From assembly GCA_964433595.1 (NCBI GenBank), contig CAYSRF010000001.1, positions 1 to 43,306 on the forward strand: a stretch of 43,306 nucleotides of DNA, given 5' to 3'. Origin of the DNA: Candidatus Hadarchaeota archaeon (GTDB lineage: Archaea > Hadarchaeota > Hadarchaeia > Hadarchaeales > Hadarchaeaceae). Position 1 is the stretch's first letter, and each line of letters opens with the position of its first letter. Below are positions 36,465 through 43,306 of this stretch, in pieces. The translations under genes were made by a program, and so were the position numbers. The notes beneath the pieces were generated by a model, which worked only from the letters and a program-made list of their open reading frames with translations, was not told the DNA's origin and searched no databases.

Positions 36465-36478
36465 GTCACAGCTGTGAC
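36465..36478. promoter_or_regulatory. Perfect 14-bp palindrome GTCACAGCTGTGAC
   Basis: Lies 28 nt downstream of the antitoxin stop. It is embedded in a roughly 30-nt segment (GGTTCCATGCCGTCACAGCTGTGACAA) similar to the segment at 37091-37118. Confidence 0.5.
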
Positions 36479-36505
36479 AAAATAAACTAGGTATCCGGAG
36501 CGGGA

Positions 36506-36718
36506 TCAGACCGGGACCAATCCTGTTGATAGCTCGCTCTTTTTTTGTTTAACGAAATTAGCCACTGACTGAACAAAAGTCGCCGTGGAAGTGTCGAAAT
36601 ATTGTTCCCCACATCTAGAGCAAACTTCGGCGGGGACCTCCTTCACTACAACGCCTTCGATCTCAACATCTACGTTTTTCTCAACAACGGCCCCCCTACA
36701 AACACGACATTTTTTCAT
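36506..36718 (-). CDS. YgiT/MqsA-type zinc-finger antitoxin-like protein
   Basis: MKKCRVCRGAVVEKNVDVEIEGVVVKEVPAEVCSRCGEQYFD is a CxxC...CxxC YgiT-type finger. The ATG at 36718 overlaps the upstream DUF4258 stop (ATGA). The listed 102-aa ORF begins further upstream, inside the toxin gene. Confidence 0.7.
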   Translation of the reverse strand: MKKCRVCRGAVVEKNVDVEIEGVVVKEVPAEVCSRCGEQYFDTSTATFVQSVANFVKQKKSELSTGLVPV

Positions 36719-37026
36719 TTTGGTTTCCTCCTTGTTTTGAAGTCCTCTCTCCACTCTTCCATAGTTGGGATATATACCGTGATTACTAAAAGGATATCCT
36801 CGTGGGGCGCACACACGACATGGACTGGTACACCCCTAACCCAGGTTAGTACCAAGCAGCTGTGGCCTCTTGGATCATCGGGATACTCCTCGACAAGCTC
36901 GAAACCGCCGTACAGAGATTCACAGATATCGTCTGCGGTTATTCCTTCTTTCACTTCTCGCTGCAAAGCGTGCAAACTATGTCGCACGTTACTCAGCCGC
37001 TTTTTGATTTCATCAACTATATTCAC
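36715..37026 (-). CDS. DUF4258-family toxin-like protein
   Basis: 103 aa. ...HALQREVKEGITADDICESL...GELVEEYPDDPRGHSCLVL...VHVVCAPHEDILLVITVYIP matches the DUF4258 layout. GTG start with a CTATATAAA TATA box about 30 nt upstream. Confidence 0.65.
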   Translation of the reverse strand: MNIVDEIKKRLSNVRHSLHALQREVKEGITADDICESLYGGFELVEEYPDDPRGHSCLVLTWVRGVPVHVVCAPHEDILLVITVYIPTMEEWREDFKTRRKPK

Positions 37027-37100
37027 TTCTCCCGCCGAGGCTTTGGGCGGAAGTCATTTATATAGGGGAAATTTTAGCGAAAAAAACGCAGGTTCGTTGC

Positions 37101-37114
37101 GTTACAGCTGTAAC
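37101..37114. promoter_or_regulatory. Perfect 14-bp palindrome GTTACAGCTGTAAC upstream of the TA operon promoter
   Basis: Lies 75-88 nt upstream of the toxin start, about 40 nt upstream of the TATA box. It shares the ACAGCTGT core with 36465-36478. Confidence 0.5.
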
Positions 37115-37188
37115 AAGTTGACACTGTTTTTCCAGCAGAGCCAGCCAAGACTATGCGCACATCCAAACTAACCTTCACCAAACGACTA

Positions 37189-37241
37189 ACGTCTAAATAC
37201 ATACATTAGACGTATATTGCCCAAATGTTTTTCAAACATTT
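37189..37241 (-). terminator. Two hairpins downstream of the rhomboid gene (ACGTCTAA-N9-TTAGACGT and AAATGTTT-N3-AAACATTT)
   Basis: Each has 8-bp perfect stems (37189-37213 and 37223-37241), in an A/T-rich context 80-130 nt past the rhomboid stop. Function as a terminator is inferred. Confidence 0.35.
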
Positions 37242-37322
37242 CAAATGATTAACTTCCACGGTGCAGCTTTCCCTCGGCAACCCTCATGAGTTCATCGAGC
37301 CCACGTATGCCAGTCTTAACCC

Positions 37323-37895
37323 TCATCTGATCAACACCCTTCTAGCTCTATATCCGAACGCCAGGCAAGCACCGAGCGTTAGCGCGAAAAAGTGCATGAA
37401 TGCTTGCATAGCTGCAACGGCAGCCCCTCCATAAAACGCCTCCAACATCGATGGCGCGACAAGTGCCAAAGCGAATATTACGAACATCGGCAGGACTGGG
37501 AAGCCGTACCGCTTGAACTCCACCGCTGTAGCTCCAAAAAGTCCGGCCACTCCCGCCGATGCTCCCGCGAAGGTGTATGGGCTCGAGAGGAAAACGGCTG
37601 GAGCAACGGTGAGAATCCCGACCCCAACGAACACCGCAAGGAACGCCGAGCTTCGAATCCCCATCTCCCATGCGAGGAAGCCTACCAAGATTAAGCTCAT
37701 TAGGTTCGTCAGCAGGTGTCCGATCCCGCCGTGTGTGAACATGAAAGTGATGAATCGCCATGGCTCATCTTGTATCGCCACGCTTTTGACTCCCAGCTCC
37801 TCCTCCCCAACGTACCCGCCACACTCAAAACAGAACACGATGGAGCAAACCAAGGCTATGCATGCTGCCACGGCGATCGGAGTGTTCAGCTTCAT
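37323..37895 (-). CDS. Rhomboid-family intramembrane serine protease
   Basis: 190 aa with six TM segments. FTHGGIGHLLTNL (His motif) and GASAGVAGLFG (GxSxG catalytic Ser). Confidence 0.8.
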   Translation of the reverse strand: MKLNTPIAVAACIALVCSIVFCFECGGYVGEEELGVKSVAIQDEPWRFITFMFTHGGIGHLLTNLMSLILVGFLAWEMGIRSSAFLAVFVGVGILTVAPAVFLSSPYTFAGASAGVAGLFGATAVEFKRYGFPVLPMFVIFALALVAPSMLEAFYGGAAVAAMQAFMHFFALTLGACLAFGYRARRVLIR

Positions 37896-37901
37896 CCAAA
37901 C

Positions 37902-38048
37902 CTACTCCTCTTCCACGTGTTTCCTTACCCTCCTCTGTCGTAGCACATGCCTCCTGAGCATCGATTTCCGTCCGTGTAGGATCCAGAGTGCATAGCTGGC
38001 GACGCCAACCGCGAACACGCCAACTCCGAGCTCGATAAGCTCGAACAT
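37902..38048 (-). CDS. Putative 48-aa single-TM protein (below the ORF-track cutoff)
   Basis: ATG preceded by a GGAGGGGGATGA SD. Translation MFELIELGVGVFAVGVASYALWILHGRKSMLRRHVLRQRRVRKHVEEE. The stop lies 6 nt before the rhomboid ATG. Confidence 0.4.
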   Translation of the reverse strand: MFELIELGVGVFAVGVASYALWILHGRKSMLRRHVLRQRRVRKHVEEE

Positions 38049-38500
38049 CGCTTCATCCCCCTCCACTAATAAGGTTAAATCTGCAACTATAAAAAGATTG
38101 CGGCTCTAAACGAACTCTATTTCGTGATTTTTCACTAAATATTACAGTTTTTGTAAAAAAATGGGTGAAAATTGGCCTAATTTATGTGGTTTTTTGCATG
38201 AAATTCATATATTTTTGCATGATTTTTAACACCAAAAATGGCTAAAGTTTCGATCACGACCCCTTCAGTTCACAGAATCCTGTTAAATTTCCCTTCATTT
38301 CCCTTTTTAATTTTCCTCTTCAACCATTTAACCCCTTCATTTGCTTGCTGTGTTGCATTAATCGGTGGGAAGGTTGAAATAAGCTATTAAAACCTCGAAA
38401 AGTCGGAAAAGAGCTAAATGGGCTTCTTTTTGTTTGAGGCAACCGCAAGCCGAAAAAGCTATCTAATCCTTGAAATTTCAAAGAGGAGGAAAATAATCGT

Positions 38501-38677
38501 TTATTTTAAAATTATGCAACACACTGCATCTACTTCTCTCTTTCGAGCTCCCTCTTCACCCGTTTTAATCTCTTCATCACTTCTCACGTGTCCTCGCCCA
38601 CCATCCGTTCCCTTTTGCCGGAAGATCGCAAAACCCAATGCACTTATGGCGAGTAGCCCAATTCCGAACTTGACCAT
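38501..38677 (-). CDS. Putative 58-aa single-TM protein (below the ORF-track cutoff)
   Basis: The ATG lies 4 nt after the stop of the 678-aa surface protein. Translation MVKFGIGLLAISALGFAIFRQKGTDGG.... Confidence 0.3.
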   Translation of the reverse strand: MVKFGIGLLAISALGFAIFRQKGTDGGRGHVRSDEEIKTGEEGARKREVDAVCCIILK

Positions 38678-38681
38678 CACT

Positions 38682-40718
38682 TTATTCCTCTTCTTCGGTT
38701 CTCATCGATTTTAACCTTCTCAATACTTCCCTCTGCTTTCTCCTCTCTCTCAGCCGGGTAAAGATCCCTATTTTCCTCTTTCTCAGCCAAACAAGGATCC
38801 CCGCCAATAAAACTATCCCCGTTATCGTTACCGCGAGCGGTACTGCTGATGTCGGTGGAGACGGAGGTGTCACCACGAATGTCCCATTCAGGTCATCGAC
38901 TTCGACGTTGTAGGTCCCTTCGACATCTCTCGAAATTAGGAATGGGACTGTCTCTGTCGCCCCTCCCGCGAGTGTCACGTCTTCAGTCGCCTCGACGACA
39001 TCGTCTATTCTGAGCGTTATGGTGTAAGTGCCTTCGAGTTCGCCGACGTTCGTGACATCGACAGAGATGGTAACCGTTCCCCCAGGCCTGACCTCGCTTG
39101 GATCGATTACCAGATTGCTGAGTTCGAACTCGGCTGGGGCGGGGCCTAAGGTCAATCCCGATACCGCGAAAATCGATAGTCCAGGGGACTCAGCGGAATA
39201 GTAAAAGTAAGTGTCGTCCTCCCCTATCATCGTGGTCGGCAACGAAACCCATTCCTCGGCAATTGGGTCCCATCTTCGCAAGGCTATGGTATCGGGGTCT
39301 ATGTTCTCCGCGCTTACCCATGCCTTCTCCACCCTGAATTCTATCAAGACGACATCTATGTCTGCGTCAGTTATGTTCTCGGCGACGATGTTAAGGTAGC
39401 GATAGGCAACCCCCGGAGTTCCGATGGCTATCTCGGCTGGTTTATCGGTCAGCTGTTGGATGGTTATACTGACGTTTTCCACGCTTCCTTTCACCAATAT
39501 CGTCATCCCGGTTATCAGCTCGGCGGGAATCTCGATGTAGACACCTGTAACGGTCCTCGTTTCACCCGCCGGGAGGGTCACTGTTTGGGGCGGAGGGGCC
39601 AAGTAGCCGAGGAAGTCCCCGAAGGAAATCGTATAGGTTCCCGCTGTAACCGATCTCGTTTGAGGCGCTGTCCCCCAGAGAGCGCCATTCACGTAGACGC
39701 TCGCTTTTATCGGGGTGGTATCGGCCGTTAGAGTAGCTAGTGTAGATGACACGTGTACCGTGAATGACCCAGACCATGAGCCAACATTCCCTACTCCGTC
39801 AACTCCACGGACGTGCCAGGAGTATGTGCCATCCGAGAGGGCCTCGCCGCTCGTGAGCGTGTAGGTTGAGGTGGTCAAGCCCGTCTTAGTCAGTGTTCCT
39901 ATGATCTCCAGCGTGTAGGTGACACCTGATGGGTCGCTCACGTCGGACCAGTCAAAGGTCGGAGTTGTGTCGTCAGTGGTGGAGTCGTCGGCTGGCGAGA
40001 TAAGCAATGGTGTAGGCGGCGGCGTCGTATCTCCCGCAGGAGGTGGCGAAGGTGGTGGAGATACGGGAGCCGTGGCAAACGTCTTAATTCCGCCTAAATC
40101 AGAATCGCCGTCGAAAGAGATCTCGGCCTCGAACTCGTAAGTCGTATCCGAATCCAAGCCGCTTATACCAGTGGAATAAATCGTACCCGTGTATCCGCTA
40201 CTCCAAAGAGTGTGGGACCAACTGACCGTTCCTTCTACCCTGTAACTGAATTGAATGTCTACGGAACTGTAATCCCCGTAGCCAATCGAAGCGTTCAAAG
40301 TCGCCGAACTCGTTCCAACGTCCGTTGCGGAATCTGTTGTCACGGTGGCCTCAACGGTCGTCACTGTCAAGTCAAACGAAGGATAGGAAGTGCCTGAATC
40401 GAAATCATCCGTTTGCTCGGCCTTAACAGGTAACAAATCGCCCGGTACATCGACCCAGAACTCTATCGTCTTTCCTATATACGAAACGTCGGTTGGTCCT
40501 ACTACCAAATACTCATAAGACCCACCTGACACGGTGACGCTATTGGATGTGTAGCCTTCTATCTTTGCGAATACCGCCGTACCATCGGGCGCGGATACGC
40601 CGTTCACGGTGACGCTCCCCGAATAATCGGCGGGGATGGGTGGCGGCTGTGCAAGTGCGGTACCAAGCGATATTGATAGGACAACCAAGAGAGGAATGCA
40701 CACGAGCCAATTTTTCAT
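38682..40718 (-). CDS. Secreted cell-surface protein (signal peptide, Ig-like/CARDB-like domains, PGF-pre-PGF-like domain, C-terminal TM anchor)
   Basis: Signal peptide MKNWLVCIPLLVVLSISLGTALAQ. Pro/Thr linker SPPPSPPPAGDTTPPPTP. NIVAENITDADIDVVLIEFRVEKAWV...LRRWD...WVSLPT...SPGLSIFAVSG. CARDB-like TISVDVTNVGELEGTYTITL. C-terminal TM helix followed by an Arg/Lys-rich tail ending EEEE. Confidence 0.75.
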   Translation of the reverse strand: MKNWLVCIPLLVVLSISLGTALAQPPPIPADYSGSVTVNGVSAPDGTAVFAKIEGYTSNSVTVSGGSYEYLVVGPTDVSYIGKTIEFWVDVPGDLLPVKAEQTDDFDSGTSYPSFDLTVTTVEATVTTDSATDVGTSSATLNASIGYGDYSSVDIQFSYRVEGTVSWSHTLWSSGYTGTIYSTGISGLDSDTTYEFEAEISFDGDSDLGGIKTFATAPVSPPPSPPPAGDTTPPPTPLLISPADDSTTDDTTPTFDWSDVSDPSGVTYTLEIIGTLTKTGLTTSTYTLTSGEALSDGTYSWHVRGVDGVGNVGSWSGSFTVHVSSTLATLTADTTPIKASVYVNGALWGTAPQTRSVTAGTYTISFGDFLGYLAPPPQTVTLPAGETRTVTGVYIEIPAELITGMTILVKGSVENVSITIQQLTDKPAEIAIGTPGVAYRYLNIVAENITDADIDVVLIEFRVEKAWVSAENIDPDTIALRRWDPIAEEWVSLPTTMIGEDDTYFYYSAESPGLSIFAVSGLTLGPAPAEFELSNLVIDPSEVRPGGTVTISVDVTNVGELEGTYTITLRIDDVVEATEDVTLAGGATETVPFLISRDVEGTYNVEVDDLNGTFVVTPPSPPTSAVPLAVTITGIVLLAGILVWLRKRKIGIFTRLRERRKQREVLRRLKSMRTEEEE

Positions 40719-40781
40719 CTCTTTACCTCCGATAATTCCTTACGCATTTTTTCGTATATATAGGAGGCGAGTTTCATCCAA

Positions 40782-43306
40782 TTACGGCACCAATACCCCA
40801 TCAGCGGTTAAGTACATCCAATACCCTCGGCCGAGATCGACGTTCCAGAACCCAGCACCGAGTTTAGCCACTTCCCACCCCACGACCGGATCGTACCTAT
40901 AAAGCGTGGTCCAAATACCTGATAGGCTTGCAAGGTAATCGTTGATGAAGGTGCTTGGCGCCAGCTCCAGCGACGTGTAGCCTATGAGGTTCCAACCCTG
41001 TGTGAGCGGATATTCGGGCGGAAGCTCCATGGGATCTATGGCCTTGAGCTTCAGCGTAATCGTCGTGGGTGCTGTCGCATAAACCCAGTATCCCCTGCCA
41101 TCCGCGATCTCAAGCGGTTGGGTCCAAGCCCCGGCACTGTAGAACGACCAATGCCATGCGTTGCCCCAGAATCCGTAAACCTTCGTGACCGTCGTTATCC
41201 CGCTGAACACGCTCTTTATCGAACTGTTCTCGAGCTCCCTTGGGACTGAGATAAGATTCCAGCCAGTCTTTAACATTATGTTGTAGGTAGGTGCCGCAAC
41301 GAGCACGATGGTCTGCTGCTGCATAGCATCCATCCAGCCTTGGCTCGGAGATTCGGAAGCGATTATCATCGAGGTTCCAGCGGTGGTGTCTTTGTAGTAG
41401 AAGCTAGTTGAGTTCTGAGTAATTGCTATCGTGGCAGAATTGATCGTCCCGTCGAATGGTCCCGTGGGCGAGTTGTCAAACTTGCCAGTCGAAGAGGTCG
41501 AGGATAGGGCGATCGTCGTGTCCGTAATAACGTTGGACGGGTTGTCGTACTGGTCTTGGGTCTGGATGGTAATCACGCCCGATGCCTCGCCCGCCTTTAT
41601 CGTCTGGGGCGAGGTGGTGAAGACGATCTTGGAGATCGGCGCAGGGTTTATTGTCTGCTGCTGCATAGCATCCGTCCAGTCTTGGCTCGGTGATTCTGCA
41701 GCGGTTATCGTTGGTGTCCCGGCAGTCGTGTCCTTGTGGTAGAAGCTAGCTGAATTATAGCCAGCCGCTATCGCAACGAATCCGATATCCGACCAAGCTA
41801 CATTATCTAAGGAGAAAACTCCCGTCGCGGAAGTCGAGAACAGGTTGATCCATGTCTTCGTAACAACGTTGGACGGGTTTCCATGCTTGTTTTGAGTCTG
41901 GATAGTCATCACACCTGATGCCTCGCCCGCCGTTATCGTCTGGGCTGAGGTGGTGAAGACGATCTTGACAATCAAGGTGTCGACGTCGAACATGTTCTCC
42001 CCGGTGTTGTCGATCTGATCGTTTCCGGCTAGGTCCTTCCCACCCGTGACGGTCACGTCCACGCCCTCGTTCTCGACGTTCGCGTCCGCAATGATGTAGT
42101 TCTCGTAGTAGGTCGTGTTATCATCACTCCACCAACTCTCGGAGTAGATCAAGGTATCAGCCGTCACATCCGGGGTGAAAGAGATGTCTGGGTAGATGGT
42201 GTTATCCATGGGCTCGCTGAAAATTGCGGTGATGGTTAGTTTTGAGCCCTCGTCGGCGTCGTTGATAAGGTTGTCGCTGACGTAGATCTCGACAGTTGGG
42301 TTTTCCGTGTCTATGCTGAACACATTGGAGTTGGGTGATGAAACTTGGACGTTGGTGTTCTCATCTTGGGCGTTCTCGACGAGAACATCGATCCCGACGA
42401 TGTTTTTACCCGTATCCTTCACATCGTAGGTTACCGTGCAAGTGAGTTTATCCCCCGACCAGCTGGGGCTGGCGTTCTCAATGGTGTCGAGGGTGGTTAG
42501 GTCAGGGGTGAACGCGAGGTCTGGATAAACCGATGCGTTCATTGGTTCTGAGTACAAGATGTCCAAGCTGAAGCCGGCAGTACCTACATCCGCGTCCGTG
42601 ATCGGGCTCACGCTCGGCGTGACCGAGACCACGGTCGGGTTCTCGGTGTCTATGTCGAAAACATTCAGGTTGGGACTTGAATCTTGGACGTTGGTGTTCT
42701 CATCCTGGGCGTTCTCGACGAGAACATCTACTCCGACGATGTTGATCCCTGCATCAGCGACGTCGTAGGTTACCCTCCATGTGTTGGCTGCGGTCTTGGA
42801 GTAGTCCGCGTTCTTTAGAGTAGCGCTCACGTCTGGGGTGAAATCCAGATCAGGATGCGTTGCATCCATTGGCTCCGAGTAAACGATGTCTAGGTAGAAT
42901 CCATCCGGACCGAGGTTCGCGTCTGTGATCGGGCTCACGCTCGGCGTGACCGAGACCACGGTCGGGTTCTCGGTGTCTATGTCGAAAACATTCAGGTTGG
43001 GACTTGAATCTTGGACGTTGGTGTTCTCATCCTGGGCGTTCTCGACGAGAACATCTACTCCGACGATGTTGATCCCTGCATCAGCGACGTCGTAGGTTAC
43101 CCTCCATGTGTTGGCTGCGGTCTTGGAGTAGTCCGCGTTCTTTAGAGTAGCGCTCACGTCTGGGGTGAAATCCAGATCAGGATGCGTTGCATCCATTGGC
43201 TCCGAGTAAACGATGTCTAGGTAGAATCCATCCGGACCGAGGTTCGCGTCTGTGATCGGGCTCACGCTCGGCGTGACCGAGACCACGGTCGGGTTCTCGG
43301 TGTCTA
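40782..43306 (-). CDS. Large repeat-containing cell-surface protein; the N-terminal part runs off the window end
   Basis: The frame is open to base 43306. It contains 109-aa tandem domains (VSVTPSVSPITDA...NVFDIDTENPTV), two 114-aa Ig-like domains (IVFTTS.QTI.AGEASGV.TIQTQ...FY.KDTTAGT) and two C-terminal GWNLI...GRGYW modules. Confidence 0.8.
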   Translation of the reverse strand, partial: DTENPTVVSVTPSVSPITDANLGPDGFYLDIVYSEPMDATHPDLDFTPDVSATLKNADYSKTAANTWRVTYDVADAGINIVGVDVLVENAQDENTNVQDSSPNLNVFDIDTENPTVVSVTPSVSPITDANLGPDGFYLDIVYSEPMDATHPDLDFTPDVSATLKNADYSKTAANTWRVTYDVADAGINIVGVDVLVENAQDENTNVQDSSPNLNVFDIDTENPTVVSVTPSVSPITDADVGTAGFSLDILYSEPMNASVYPDLAFTPDLTTLDTIENASPSWSGDKLTCTVTYDVKDTGKNIVGIDVLVENAQDENTNVQVSSPNSNVFSIDTENPTVEIYVSDNLINDADEGSKLTITAIFSEPMDNTIYPDISFTPDVTADTLIYSESWWSDDNTTYYENYIIADANVENEGVDVTVTGGKDLAGNDQIDNTGENMFDVDTLIVKIVFTTSAQTITAGEASGVMTIQTQNKHGNPSNVVTKTWINLFSTSATGVFSLDNVAWSDIGFVAIAAGYNSASFYHKDTTAGTPTITAAESPSQDWTDAMQQQTINPAPISKIVFTTSPQTIKAGEASGVITIQTQDQYDNPSNVITDTTIALSSTSSTGKFDNSPTGPFDGTINSATIAITQNSTSFYYKDTTAGTSMIIASESPSQGWMDAMQQQTIVLVAAPTYNIMLKTGWNLISVPRELENSSIKSVFSGITTVTKVYGFWGNAWHWSFYSAGAWTQPLEIADGRGYWVYATAPTTITLKLKAIDPMELPPEYPLTQGWNLIGYTSLELAPSTFINDYLASLSGIWTTLYRYDPVVGWEVAKLGAGFWNVDLGRGYWMYLTADGVLVP
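42598..43306. repeat. Perfect 327-bp tandem repeat (at least 2.1 units, truncated by the window end)
   Basis: GTGATCGGGCTCACGCTCGGCGTGACC... recurs at 42598, 42925 and 43252 (period 327 = 109 codons), with no mismatches seen between units. Diverged older units continue down to about 41970. Confidence 0.9.

Noticed and set aside
36602-37171. 189-aa plus-strand ORF spanning the TA cassette
   Set aside because: It is antisense to both the DUF4258 and YgiT-type genes, which have recognisable motifs and an ATGA-coupled arrangement. The plus-strand translation has no pattern.
37249-37326. 25-codon ORF (MRVKTGIRGLDELMRVAEGKLHRGS) overlapping the rhomboid stop by ATGA
   Set aside because: It is too short to support from sequence alone. 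The internal ATGAGGGTT duplication is curious, but no SD or conservation evidence is available.
37513-37995. 160-aa plus-strand ORF (plus a 137-aa alternative-frame minus ORF at 37348-37761)
   Set aside because: Both overlap the rhomboid gene, whose frame alone yields the six TM helices and the GxSxG and His motifs.

Overview
Archaeal chromosomal segment, euryarchaeal in flavour. Evidence for this: Shine-Dalgarno-led genes with GGAGGTG-type motifs, A/T-rich TATA-like boxes, and the archaeal information-processing and lipid gene set. That set comprises type IA topoisomerase, RFC small subunit, multi-OB RPA, RadA, CDC48/VAT, DGGGP synthase and a class II-type HMG-CoA reductase. I count about 45 tightly packed genes on both strands, most of them housekeeping: ileS, thiC, ilvE, aminotransferase, ABC transporter, Trm5-like methyltransferase and two radical SAM enzymes.

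Non-housekeeping content that stands out:
1. A 438-codon LAGLIDADG intein interrupts the D1 ATPase domain of cdc48.
2. A NurA-HerA pair is followed by a convergent tRNA / PIN-domain protein / small Cas2-like-fold protein module. The small gene is bracketed by three copies of a 21-bp palindrome-containing repeat, and it has a paralog abutting cdc48.
3. An intron-containing, somewhat non-canonical tRNA has a 23-nt partial duplicate 78 bp upstream.
4. A single-ORF TnpB/OrfB-like element is bounded by 15-bp inverted repeats. It lacks the usual zinc ribbon and shows no obvious third RuvC acidic residue. It overlaps the 3' end of an ATP-cone ORF that has no canonical start codon.
5. A DUF4258/YgiT toxin-antitoxin pair sits in an AT-rich cassette studded with related palindromes.
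6. A rhomboid protease lies with tiny TM ORFs next to two large secreted repeat proteins. One of these carries perfect 327-bp tandem repeats that run off the window end.

No rRNA and no bona fide CRISPR array were seen. All calls rest on motif reading of the supplied translations and manual inspection of the nucleotide sequence. No database search was possible.
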